This document shows, one piece after another, positions 47,922-57,418 of a DNA stretch of 64,000 nucleotides. A program made the translations under genes and the position numbers. The stretch comes from a virus: the IMG/VR virus record IMGVR_UViG_3300044675_005584, positions 23,686 to 87,685 of that record. One strand, written 5' to 3'. Each line of letters starts with the position of its first letter. Within the stretch, counting starts at the first letter, position 1. The notes beneath the pieces were generated by a model. The model was not told the DNA's origin and ran no database searches. It saw nothing but the letters and a program-made list of their open reading frames with translations.

Positions 47922-48374
47922 ATGAAACGTCAATTGTTTGTCAGTATTGCAATATCAGTGCTGTTAGTTGGAGTTCCTGTTGAAGCCAAACGAGTAGGCA
48001 GTGGTAACAGCATGGGTAAACAGTCTAGCACAGTGACCAAAAATCAAAGCAGTTTACCTGCCAAACCCGCTGCAGCACCAGTTAGTGCGGCAAAACCTGT
48101 CACACCAGCACCCGCAACACCTGTTACACCACCATCGGCATTTGGTGGTATGGGTGGTATCTTGGGAGGCATTGCAGCCGGTATCGGTCTAAGTTATCTG
48201 TTTTCTCATATGGGCTTAGATGGTCTGGGAGACGGCATTGCGTCGATGGTAAGTGGTTTGTTACTGTTTGGCATTCTAGCCCTGGTAGGATTTTGGCTTT
48301 ACAAAAAATTTGCTACCAAAGACAAAAACAACACAGATATGCTACCAGCGTCCAAGTCGCCAACGGTCATATAG
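47922..48374 (+). CDS. Membrane protein resembling the N-terminal half of bacterial Tim44-domain proteins
   Basis: Signal, AKRVGSGNSMGKQS, Pro/Ala linker, GGIAAGIGLSYLFSHMGL, TM; no Tim44 domain follows. Confidence 0.6.
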   Translation: MKRQLFVSIAISVLLVGVPVEAKRVGSGNSMGKQSSTVTKNQSSLPAKPAAAPVSAAKPVTPAPATPVTPPSAFGGMGGILGGIAAGIGLSYLFSHMGLDGLGDGIASMVSGLLLFGILALVGFWLYKKFATKDKNNTDMLPASKSPTVI

Positions 48375-48426
48375 ACACAGTGATTTTCTTGCAATCATGA
48401 TGTCAAATATAGTATAATAAGACATC

Positions 48427-48786
48427 ATGATTAAAATTCTTTTTCTATTTGCATTACTTACAAGTGCCACTGTACACGCAGAACCGTGGACCACAGAAGA
48501 CCGGGCCTGGGGCGCAGTAGCTGGTACTTTATTATTAGCTGATTGGGCCACAACCCGTTACGGTTCCAGACACTGGAACGAAGGCTATCACGAAACCAAT
48601 CCGCTAATGGGTCGGCATCCGCATCAAGACCGTGTGGATCTGCATTTTTTAATGGCTATCCCGGCTATATATCTATTTGCCAACTATGTACCGGCCTACA
48701 GACGCGAATTCCTAATGGTGGTCACGGCTGTAGAACTTGGATATGTGGCAAACAACTTGCGGATAGGTTGGCAGATCAAGTTCTAA
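48427..48786 (+). CDS. Exported/membrane hypothetical protein
   Basis: Signal peptide; DWATT...ETNPLMG...NN motif. Confidence 0.65.
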   Translation: MIKILFLFALLTSATVHAEPWTTEDRAWGAVAGTLLLADWATTRYGSRHWNEGYHETNPLMGRHPHQDRVDLHFLMAIPAIYLFANYVPAYRREFLMVVTAVELGYVANNLRIGWQIKF

Positions 48787-48803
48787 CGGGTTAAATACTT
48801 GTT

Positions 48804-49637
48804 ATGCGATTAATAGAATTTATTACTGAATCTGTAACAGGTCAGGATGTATTGAATTATATCCAACGAACACATCACGAACCACTTACTGCTCAACTGA
48901 GCCGGGCAGTATTACAACAACCCAAGTGGGAATTACGCTCAGTGCCTTTACATGATCTACACATTCCTGATCAGGGCTATGACGATGATCCTGAGTATGA
49001 ACCTGCGGCAGATCCTTATGATCGTGTGCAAGATATCAATCCTGAGCATGCTGGAGAAGTAAGCATACACAACGTAGACCGCAAACCTATTGTGATTGAT
49101 CGTGAAGGCTTTATAATAGATGGCAATCACCGTGCCTGGGCCGCTGCGGAGTTACTGGGCCGTGACACTATACAGGCTTGGGTTCCTGTTGAACAAGAAC
49201 TTACCGAAATAGGCAACACACGCATAGACTACCAGCCTAATCGTAAACGTAAAAACAGCCTGTTCCACACCACAGTAGACCGTCATTGGGTAGATGTGTT
49301 TTTTGATCGTAGTTTTACTGGCACATTACAGATAACATTCACAGTGGATCAAAACTACAAATCCAGCATACAACTTCCCCAAGGCACAGTATTCCGAATC
49401 TTCAGCACAGTGCTACAAATAATCAAAGAACAACTTCCTGAATACATGCGTAAGGCTCGTCCGCCCAAGGTCAGTTTCACTGCTGAAGGCGGCAGCAGAG
49501 TTAGCTTGTATCGCAGAATGTTTGTTCCGGTGGTCACGGATATACTGGGACCACGATGGCGATTGACCGAGTATCCAGGCAATCAGCACTTGTTCATATG
49601 GGAGCCAGTAAAGAAAAATGAAAAAAATACTGCTTAG
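48804..49637 (+). CDS. ParB/Srx-like domain protein (probable internal head protein)
   Basis: PIVID...IIDGNHRAWAA; MRLIEFITES start; TAAATA 6 nt before the ATG. Confidence 0.65.
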   Translation: MRLIEFITESVTGQDVLNYIQRTHHEPLTAQLSRAVLQQPKWELRSVPLHDLHIPDQGYDDDPEYEPAADPYDRVQDINPEHAGEVSIHNVDRKPIVIDREGFIIDGNHRAWAAAELLGRDTIQAWVPVEQELTEIGNTRIDYQPNRKRKNSLFHTTVDRHWVDVFFDRSFTGTLQITFTVDQNYKSSIQLPQGTVFRIFSTVLQIIKEQLPEYMRKARPPKVSFTAEGGSRVSLYRRMFVPVVTDILGPRWRLTEYPGNQHLFIWEPVKKNEKNTA

Positions 49638-51669
49638 CCCCTGGACAGCATTAATCACATTGGCTATTATATTGGCCATACGAATTGTTGATCCTGTGTT
49701 TGTTGAAAGTGTTCGATTGCGTTACTTTGATACACTTGTCACCAGCAAGGCACCTACTGAAAATAATATATACACGGTCAACATAGATGAAGCCGCCCTG
49801 GACCGGTACGGGCAATGGCCCCTGCCCAGAGATCGTTATGCCACGCTGATTCAAGATTTATACCAACGTGGTGCTGGATTGGTGGTGTTTAATGTGCTCA
49901 TGGCTGAGCCAGATCGCATGGGCAAGGATGCTCAATTAGCTCAAGTGATTGATCAGTATGCTGTGGTGTTACCAAATGTGCCTGCCGACAAAACTAAAAA
50001 CAATCCACAACCTCCAGGGTCAGCGGTGCTGGCTCCAGAGTATCTAGATCGTATTACGACCTATCCTGGCATGATTGCTAACATTGCTATGTTAGAAGAA
50101 CGGGCTGATGGCATAGGCACAGTGAATACACTACCCGAGATTGATGGAGTCAACAGACGTATACCTTTGATTGTTGCTGTCAATGGACAATTATATCCCA
50201 GCTTGAGTATAGAAACTCTGCGTGTGTTAGCACAAGATACCACGTTCCAGGTCAAGCTAAATGAACTTGGTGTGGAAAAGATGCGTATTCCCAAGTTTGG
50301 TCCTGTAACCACAGACAACCTGGGCCGCATCTGGATAGACTGGAGCCAGCGCAACAAGACTGTGAGTGCTGTAGATTTGCCTGCGGACTTTGGCGGTGCT
50401 GTGGTCATAGTAGGAGTGACTGCTGCAGGCATAGGTAATCCAGTGCCAACTCCGGCAGGTGCTGTATGGCCTAGTGATGTACAGGCCAAGGTAGTAGCTA
50501 CCATGATCAATGATGTGGTCATACAAAGACCTAGTTGGGCGGACGGAGCAGAATTGATTACACTGGCCTTGGCCAGTATCCTATTATTATTTTTAACAAG
50601 GTGGACCTATGTTGGACTTACGACCGTTGGTGTATTGGCTGTTGGTAGTGCCATCCTTCCTTACTATCTGTATCTTGATTTTTTATTCTTATTCGACGCT
50701 ACTGTCGTTACCACTGGCATCATACTGGTCTCTTTGCACGCCTACGGTGTCAAGTTTGTCAGCGAGTTCCTACAAAAACAACAGATAAAGAGACAGTTTG
50801 GTAGCTATGTCAATCCTACCATTGTAGAAAGACTACAGCAACATCCTGAACTGATCCGCCTGGGTGGAGAAAAGCGTGAGTTGTCAGTGGTCATGACCGA
50901 CATGCGTAACTTCACAGCCTTGGGCGAAAGCTATGGCGAAGCCGGAGTAGAAGATTTTACTCAAGTCATGAACAGTTACATGACAGCCCTGAGTGTGCCT
51001 ATTCTTAAAAACGATGGTACCTTGATCAAGTTTATTGGTGATGCCAGTCTCCATATACACGGTGCTCCCATTGACGATCCTGATCATGCTTGTCGTGCTG
51101 TACAAACTGCCTTGGAAATGATCGAAGCAGTAAAAGTATTCAATCAAGACTTAGCTGTACTAGGCAAGCCACCAGTTGGCATGGGTGCTGGAGTTAATAC
51201 CGGTGAAATAATCGTGGGCAACATCGGTGCCAAGACCAAGTTTGGTTATGATGTACTAGGTGATGCAGTCAGTATCGCAGCACGATTGGAAGGACAGACC
51301 AAAGGCTATGGCGTGTTGGTCATTATAGGTCCCAATACCAACGAACTGGTCAGGCACAAATACATCACGCTAAAACTGGATTATATCGCAGTCAAAGGCA
51401 AAAAAGAAGGCTTACACATTTACACACCACTGGGGCAGCGTGATCAATTGACCATATCAAATGCTGATGTACAGATGCATGCGGCCATGCAACAACTGTA
51501 TCGCCAACAGAAATTTGATAATGCCGCAAGATTCTGCCGGGATCTAAAAGGACGATTTGGTGGAGTGATGGATCACTACTATGACATCTGGATTGAGCGT
51601 TGTGAGCAGATGAAACAGGTCAAATTGCCCGCCGACTGGGACGGCATGTATCATGCTACCAGCAAGTGA
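49618..51669 (+). CDS. CHASE2-domain class III adenylate/guanylate cyclase
   Basis: N-terminal TM, CHASE2 (VNIDE..L..YGQWPLPR; DGVNRR), 3 TMs, TDMRNFT, KFIGDA, GVNTG, GDAVSIAARLEG, VKGK. Confidence 0.95.
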   Translation: MKKILLSPWTALITLAIILAIRIVDPVFVESVRLRYFDTLVTSKAPTENNIYTVNIDEAALDRYGQWPLPRDRYATLIQDLYQRGAGLVVFNVLMAEPDRMGKDAQLAQVIDQYAVVLPNVPADKTKNNPQPPGSAVLAPEYLDRITTYPGMIANIAMLEERADGIGTVNTLPEIDGVNRRIPLIVAVNGQLYPSLSIETLRVLAQDTTFQVKLNELGVEKMRIPKFGPVTTDNLGRIWIDWSQRNKTVSAVDLPADFGGAVVIVGVTAAGIGNPVPTPAGAVWPSDVQAKVVATMINDVVIQRPSWADGAELITLALASILLLFLTRWTYVGLTTVGVLAVGSAILPYYLYLDFLFLFDATVVTTGIILVSLHAYGVKFVSEFLQKQQIKRQFGSYVNPTIVERLQQHPELIRLGGEKRELSVVMTDMRNFTALGESYGEAGVEDFTQVMNSYMTALSVPILKNDGTLIKFIGDASLHIHGAPIDDPDHACRAVQTALEMIEAVKVFNQDLAVLGKPPVGMGAGVNTGEIIVGNIGAKTKFGYDVLGDAVSIAARLEGQTKGYGVLVIIGPNTNELVRHKYITLKLDYIAVKGKKEGLHIYTPLGQRDQLTISNADVQMHAAMQQLYRQQKFDNAARFCRDLKGRFGGVMDHYYDIWIERCEQMKQVKLPADWDGMYHATSK

Positions 51670-51825
51670 TCAAAGCATACGACCAATCATTTGATGTCTT
51701 AACCAGCTGTTGATCAGCATGTCTTGATAAAACGGTCTCGTAATTTCTTCTATTGCCCACAGGTTATAATCAACGCAGGGCTTGAAGACCAACTGATACA
51801 AACAGGACAGTACAGGATTTGGCAT
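51670..51825 (-). CDS. Small hypothetical protein (51 aa), not in the ORF track
   Basis: ORF exactly fills the gap between 51669 and 51828. Confidence 0.35.
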   Translation of the reverse strand: MPNPVLSCLYQLVFKPCVDYNLWAIEEITRPFYQDMLINSWLRHQMIGRML

Positions 51826-51827
51826 GC

Positions 51828-52136
51828 TCACTTCTTGCCACTTGATGGCGGTTCGTTTACGGTGATGTTTATTTCTTGTTCAGCAACCACACGCTCGTGT
51901 TCAATGGTTTTACCACGCAAATGTAGCACTGTGTTTACTTTTTGATTCAATCTTATGAGATCGTTGTCCAGCATACGGACACGATCGATCAAGGCAATCA
52001 ACACTATGTTGGCATCGTTGATAACCGGCTTTACTTCTCGAGTGGCCCAGAACCATACGTATTTTATAATATAACCAAGTCCAACTGCCATAACAATTGG
52101 AAAGCCATATTTGTTTACCAGTTCAACTACATCCAT
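51828..52136 (-). CDS. Small membrane protein (GFPI motif), paralog B
   Basis: KYGFPIVMAVGLGY TM followed by coiled coil. Confidence 0.75.
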   Translation of the reverse strand: MDVVELVNKYGFPIVMAVGLGYIIKYVWFWATREVKPVINDANIVLIALIDRVRMLDNDLIRLNQKVNTVLHLRGKTIEHERVVAEQEINITVNEPPSSGKK

Positions 52137-52726
52137 TATTTTATTCCTTTACAATTATCAAAATGGTATCTATTCATATTATGACCTTGCTTTCCTTTTA
52201 GGCCACAATGGGGACATTTTACAATTGGTCTATTTGCCCAAGTGACAGATATTTTAGCTTTTACTTCTTTAGTATTTAATGATTTTATTACTGCTGCTAA
52301 ATGCTCTTCGGATTTTTTACGACCTTTAAGAGAAGAAGCATAAGTGTTGCCTATTAAATCTTTTCTAGCTTTACCCCGGTTAGCATCGCCAATCTTTTTT
52401 TTTGTTTCTTCTGATCTCGATCTTCCGGCTAATACAGATGCATTGGTATTTCCTATAGCCCAGGGCGCAGACCTTCCTTTGAGAGCTTTAGCAATATTTT
52501 GTTTATGTTTTTCAGTTTTAGGAGAACGTAGTATTTCGGTTATTATCTCTTCTCCTGATATAATTTTTGCCAATCCTAACCAAGCTCGTTTGTCTTGAAC
52601 TCTACCGTATTGTTCATACAGGACGCGATGTGCTTCTGCATGTTCTTCTATACTAAGTTCCACTAAGTTAGAAGAATCATCTGTGCCACCTATGTGTTTT
52701 GGAATAATATGATGTTTATGTTTCAT
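52136..52726 (-). mobile_element. Free-standing HNH homing endonuclease with NUMOD3 repeats
   Basis: HKHHIIPKHIGG...EEHAEAH, SEETKKKI, CPHC...HFDNC; AT-rich; own TAAATA 5 nt before the ATG. Confidence 0.88.
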
Positions 52727-52762
52727 ATTATTATTTATCATATATGTCTGGAAATGGCCTTA

Positions 52763-53044
52763 TCAATCACGTCTGGCATCTGATTTACCGTCAGCCCTGG
52801 CGATGCGTTCAACATCTGGCCTGAGTCCCAATGCGTTTGACACGATGGTATCTATACGCACCACATCGTGGTTCATGGTCTTGACTCGGTTATCCAGTGC
52901 TGTAATAATACCAGCCATACCTTTTATACTACTGAGTACACCGGCCAATAACAATTTGATTGTTAGATACACAAAGTATCCACCGGCTAGTGCGGTTGCT
53001 ATTGGAAATCCTAAATCTCCAATGATTTTAAATACATCGCTCAT
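52763..53044 (-). CDS. Small membrane protein (GFPI motif), paralog A
   Basis: DLGFPIATALAGGY TM; ALDNRV matches ALIDRV of paralog B. Confidence 0.75.
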   Translation of the reverse strand: MSDVFKIIGDLGFPIATALAGGYFVYLTIKLLLAGVLSSIKGMAGIITALDNRVKTMNHDVVRIDTIVSNALGLRPDVERIARADGKSDARRD

Positions 53045-53100
53045 TGTAGCTCCTTGACAGCTTGTAGGCTGTTCTTTTTATACAAGTATTTATTTGGGTG

Positions 53101-54360
53101 TTATTCAGAGTTAAGTTTGCGGTTTATCATAGACCTGATATTGTTAATATCTGTAAACGTAGCCCCTGACAATTCTGATGCATTAGCAATATGTTCAAAA
53201 ATATCTGGATCTCTTAAGTCTTGTTCCCAACGATCAATCCAGCCTTGGTAATTTTTTGTATATTCAATATCTACTAGTGCGGTTGTCAAGTTGGCAGTTA
53301 ATTCACCTGTTACTAAATTAAAAAATTCTTGGCTAAAAAAATGCTGTCGATTGTAGTCGGCTATGACTTGAACTTCTTCTAGTTTTCTTTCTCGAACAGG
53401 TGGTTCCCAGTTATTAATCTGTGCCATGAGATTGATTATGGCATACAGGCGTTGTTCTGGATCTTTTTCAGCATCATAACTTTCGTCCCAGATACTGCCA
53501 AAAGTTTTAAATCCATAACTGCGTAAGTATTTTAAACTGCCTGCTGTGGCCGCAAGTATGAACGGCTGTGCCATGGCAATTGGTCTTAGACTTTTTTCAG
53601 TGAGCTGTATACGATCATCGTCAAACAAGGTTTCTAACACCACTTCGATGTCCGTGCCATTGTAGTCGTTGATATCAAAGTCAGCACTGCAATGGCTTGG
53701 AGCTTCATTTGTAGGGAAATAATCTTCTGGTACTGTTTGAGGGAGCCATGCAGGATTTTTAAACTTGTGTTGATTGTAGTGTATTCTTAACTCGGGCTCA
53801 ATGGGATTAAACGAAGTCTGACAATAATCCTGCAGATTGTGCTGTACCAATAATTCAGCCAAGCGCAATCGGTATTCTCTAGTGCCAGACCATGCCCGAT
53901 TGTACACAAGAAACGTTTTTTTATATTGTTTTTTTAATTTAACATGCCTAGCATATCTAAACCAATCCAGTGCTATTACAGCATGGGTCCACCAGTATAC
54001 CGGTATAAATTGATCTTGTTGATATTGTTCTACGTTGCTACTTTGTTTTTCGCTGTGTAATAGTAAAACTTTTTCATAAATGGTTGGAGCAAATAAAAAA
54101 TTTGGTTCAGGTCTCTTCCATGGATGCAAAATTTTTCTTCTTACTGTGTTATAGTAATCATAATCTAACGGCTCTTGATCGTTGCAATACAAGGAAGGAC
54201 TAGTTTGCTTAATAAGCCAATCATCATGGTGCAACGGTGTCATATCTTCGACATTTTTTGAACCATAGGGATAAAAGCGATAAATTATTACACGGTCCTG
54301 CAAAATGTCTTGGGCTACAGATTCAACAAATTGATACAAGCGGTCTAAAGGAATACTCAT
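53101..54360 (-). CDS. Glycosyltransferase-like hypothetical protein
   Basis: VVLET...LTEKSLRPI...PFI...GFKTF...DESYD resembles the GT10-like TEK motif. Confidence 0.45.
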   Translation of the reverse strand: MSIPLDRLYQFVESVAQDILQDRVIIYRFYPYGSKNVEDMTPLHHDDWLIKQTSPSLYCNDQEPLDYDYYNTVRRKILHPWKRPEPNFLFAPTIYEKVLLLHSEKQSSNVEQYQQDQFIPVYWWTHAVIALDWFRYARHVKLKKQYKKTFLVYNRAWSGTREYRLRLAELLVQHNLQDYCQTSFNPIEPELRIHYNQHKFKNPAWLPQTVPEDYFPTNEAPSHCSADFDINDYNGTDIEVVLETLFDDDRIQLTEKSLRPIAMAQPFILAATAGSLKYLRSYGFKTFGSIWDESYDAEKDPEQRLYAIINLMAQINNWEPPVRERKLEEVQVIADYNRQHFFSQEFFNLVTGELTANLTTALVDIEYTKNYQGWIDRWEQDLRDPDIFEHIANASELSGATFTDINNIRSMINRKLNSE

Positions 54361-54397
54361 TGAATCTATTTACACAATATTGCCACCAAGGTAAAAA

Positions 54398-54904
54398 ATG
54401 ATCACACACTATAAAATTCCAGTTTTCTGGGATCTTGAATATCAAGATCTTGACTATGTCAACGAATCATTCAACGATGTTGTGTTGCTTACCAAATGGA
54501 CAGCACTTGGATATCCCAATCGATTCACCGGAGACATGTGCGATATGCGTCATCGGCAACCGGTGTGGAACACACAATTCGTTGAATATTTTACAGCCCG
54601 GGGTTGGAAAGATATTGGCACCAGTTACTATCGCATGAACACTGGCACAGTATTGCCCACACATGGTGACTTGTATAAGAGATATGTTGAAATATTTGAT
54701 CTACACGGACAAGAAAATCGCATACACCGTGCTATTGTGTTTTTACAAGACTGGCAACCTGGACACTATGCCGAATATGAAGGTAAGCCATTTGTCGACT
54801 GGTCGGCTGGTGATGTAGTAGAATGGTGTTATGACACTGAACACATGGCAGCCAATCTAGGACTGGATCCTAGATACACATTACAGATAACAGGATGGCA
54901 ATGA
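54398..54904 (+). CDS. 2OG-Fe(II) oxygenase-like protein
   Basis: PTHGD (HxD), HMAANLG, RYTLQITG. Confidence 0.7.
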   Translation: MITHYKIPVFWDLEYQDLDYVNESFNDVVLLTKWTALGYPNRFTGDMCDMRHRQPVWNTQFVEYFTARGWKDIGTSYYRMNTGTVLPTHGDLYKRYVEIFDLHGQENRIHRAIVFLQDWQPGHYAEYEGKPFVDWSAGDVVEWCYDTEHMAANLGLDPRYTLQITGWQ

Positions 54905-55812
54905 TTGATTCAAAAGATGAATGGAGTCCACTAGAAGAGATTGTAATAGGGTCGGCTACCAATGCCAATTGGCCCACAAACGATCCGGTGTTTGCTACAG
55001 AGTACAGTCGTACGGCCTGGACAGAAACACCAGTACCATCAGGGCCGGTACCCGAGTGGATTGTGGATGAGGCCAACCGTGAACTAGATATTCTAGCTGA
55101 AACTATTGTGCGGTATGGTGCTACGGTGCGTAGACCTGAACCCATGAACTTTGTTGAGTTGGGTGGTATGTACAATTATTGCCCTAGAGATCGATTGCTG
55201 ATTGCTGGATCTACAGTGGTGGACTGTAACATGATGTATCCGTGTCGCAATCAAGAAATTGAAGCGTTACAAAAAGTCATTGGAGATGCTCGAGTCGTTA
55301 CCATGCCCAGAGATTCAGACATGATCTTGGATGCAGCCAATGTGTGCAGGCTTGGAGACACTTGGTTGTTTTTGGAGAGCCATAGTGGTAATCGTGCGGC
55401 ATATGAATGGTTGTGCGAACAATTTCCAAAAATCAAGATAGAGTTGTGTAATTTTTATTCAGGTGTACATATTGATAGCACTATTGTACCATTGCGTGAA
55501 GGCTTGGTTGTGTTGAACGGAACTAGAGTAACTGAAGAAACTTGTCCGCAAGCGTTCCGAGATTGGGAAAAAATATATATCAATGATGTAGTGGCACAAG
55601 ACTTTTATCAATATCCTTATGCATCAAAATGGATAGGTTTAAATATGCTGGCGCTGGATCCTGAAACAGTGATAGCAGATGCGGCACAAAAACATCTACA
55701 TCAAGTGCTTGCCCAGCATGGCATAGATGTGATACCCTTGACTCTCAGTCACAGTCGCACCCTGGGCGGTGGATTTCACTGCACCACACTAGATCTCAGG
55801 AGATCAAGTTGA
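54895..55812 (+). CDS. Amidinotransferase (glycine / inosamine-phosphate type)
   Basis: EWSPLEEIVIG, YCPRD, DAAN, HIDST, GGGFHCTTLDLRR. Confidence 0.9.
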   Translation: MAMIDSKDEWSPLEEIVIGSATNANWPTNDPVFATEYSRTAWTETPVPSGPVPEWIVDEANRELDILAETIVRYGATVRRPEPMNFVELGGMYNYCPRDRLLIAGSTVVDCNMMYPCRNQEIEALQKVIGDARVVTMPRDSDMILDAANVCRLGDTWLFLESHSGNRAAYEWLCEQFPKIKIELCNFYSGVHIDSTIVPLREGLVVLNGTRVTEETCPQAFRDWEKIYINDVVAQDFYQYPYASKWIGLNMLALDPETVIADAAQKHLHQVLAQHGIDVIPLTLSHSRTLGGGFHCTTLDLRRSS

Positions 55813-56354
55813 ATATCTGCTGGGTATTGGCCGATTTGGCTGTGTTGGATCCCACCCAGGATCTGGAACAGCTCAAACAGATTGGTCCTTTTTGGGGTAG
55901 CTGGAAGACCTGGCGTGCCTACAGCACTGACAATGTGATCTGTCATGATCAGATCAAGGCCAATGAACTGCTTACACGAGCATTCCAAGTCACCTGTAAT
56001 TTTTACATACCCAATCAGGTCTATGAGGCACTGGACCAACCCAAAGGAGTACATGTATACCAAGGAGATTTTGCACATGATGTGGAGCATCGAGAACAAA
56101 TTGTGGCCATGCACCTGGCAGCCAGCCGCAGTGACATAGTGTTGTTACTGGGATTTGATCTGGCTAGACCAGACAGTCACATGCCAATAGAACGCACACA
56201 CTATCATGGATTGGTTTCACAGGTGATCAAGGACAATGCTCAAACACAGTGGGTCTTGATTGATCATGGCAACCAACTGGATCCTGATCTGGCCAAATTG
56301 CCTAATCTCACTCAAGACACTGTGTCGGGCGTAATTGGATTACTGAACAGTTGA
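55809..56354 (+). CDS. Hypothetical protein (DUF115/Maf-like LLGFD motif)
   Basis: AMHLAA...IVLLLGFD. Confidence 0.5.
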   Translation: MNICWVLADLAVLDPTQDLEQLKQIGPFWGSWKTWRAYSTDNVICHDQIKANELLTRAFQVTCNFYIPNQVYEALDQPKGVHVYQGDFAHDVEHREQIVAMHLAASRSDIVLLLGFDLARPDSHMPIERTHYHGLVSQVIKDNAQTQWVLIDHGNQLDPDLAKLPNLTQDTVSGVIGLLNS

Positions 56355-56379
56355 CACACAAATAGTCTTTGTGTACAAT
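56351..56379 (+). promoter_or_regulatory. sigma70-type promoter, probably leaderless for uvsE
   Basis: TTGACA-N17-TACAAT; ATG 7 nt downstream. Confidence 0.7.
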
Positions 56380-56386
56380 ATACACT

Positions 56387-57418
56387 ATGACTACACTAAA
56401 GCGAATTGGTTTCTGTTGCAAATGGCTTAATGATCCGTCCGAATGTGGCGGCATGAAAGTCAATGCAGCGGATCGGGACCTTAACGGGCGGTCAACTACC
56501 ATGCGTTGGTTGCGTGAGCATCCAGCCGAAGCTGAGCAACGGCAGTGGGACATCATGAATCACAATACCACAGCCGCAGTCAAGTTGATCGAGCGTGTGG
56601 CCACTTTGCCCCCAGAACGCAGAATGGTTCGACTAGGCAGTGAAATGCTACAGGGCTATACCGAGAAGGACTGGAAAGCCTGGTGGCAACGACAAGAAAT
56701 ACAAGACCATCTTGAGCGTATATTTGCGCCCATAGGTGAAACAGCCAGGCGACTGGATGTGCGACTCAGTTTCCACCCTGGCCAGTTCTGTGTGCTGGCC
56801 AGCGAAGCTGACGAGATAGTAGAACGAAGCATAGAGGAATTTGAATATCATGCTGATATGGCACGATTCATGGGCTACGGTAAATCCTTCCAGGATTTCA
56901 AAATCAATGTACACATATCGGGTAAACGCGGTCCCGCCGGTATCAAAACTGCCCTCCGACGGTTATCTCCCGAAGCACGAAACTGTATCACAATCGAAAA
57001 CGACGAAATGTCCTGGGGCGTCGACGCCAGCCTTGAGCTGGCCCGAGACTGTGCCTTGGTTCTGGACCTACATCATCATTGGATTAGAACCGGAGAATAT
57101 ATCAAACCCACCGACGATAGAGTTCTGGGCATAATCGAATCGTGGCGTGGTGTGCGCCCTGCGTTACATTACAGCGTCAGTCGAGAAGATGTGTTAGTTG
57201 GCCATTGTGCCAAAACGCCACCTGATCATGTGACACTGTTGGAAACAGGACACAAGAAACAAAAGCTACGAGCACACAGTGATTTTTATTGGAACGAGTC
57301 AGTGACTGACTGGGCATTGACATTCTGGGATCAGTTTGACATACAATGCGAAAGCAAAGGCAAGAATTTGGCCAGCGAACAAGTATACAACCGTGCATTG
57401 GAACAAAATAATGTCTAA
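56387..57418 (+). CDS. uvsE: UV-damage endonuclease UvsE/UVDE
   Basis: RIGFCC, RLSFHPGQF, IENDE, LDLHHH, HYS, RAHSD, ESKGK. Confidence 0.92.
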   Translation: MTTLKRIGFCCKWLNDPSECGGMKVNAADRDLNGRSTTMRWLREHPAEAEQRQWDIMNHNTTAAVKLIERVATLPPERRMVRLGSEMLQGYTEKDWKAWWQRQEIQDHLERIFAPIGETARRLDVRLSFHPGQFCVLASEADEIVERSIEEFEYHADMARFMGYGKSFQDFKINVHISGKRGPAGIKTALRRLSPEARNCITIENDEMSWGVDASLELARDCALVLDLHHHWIRTGEYIKPTDDRVLGIIESWRGVRPALHYSVSREDVLVGHCAKTPPDHVTLLETGHKKQKLRAHSDFYWNESVTDWALTFWDQFDIQCESKGKNLASEQVYNRALEQNNV

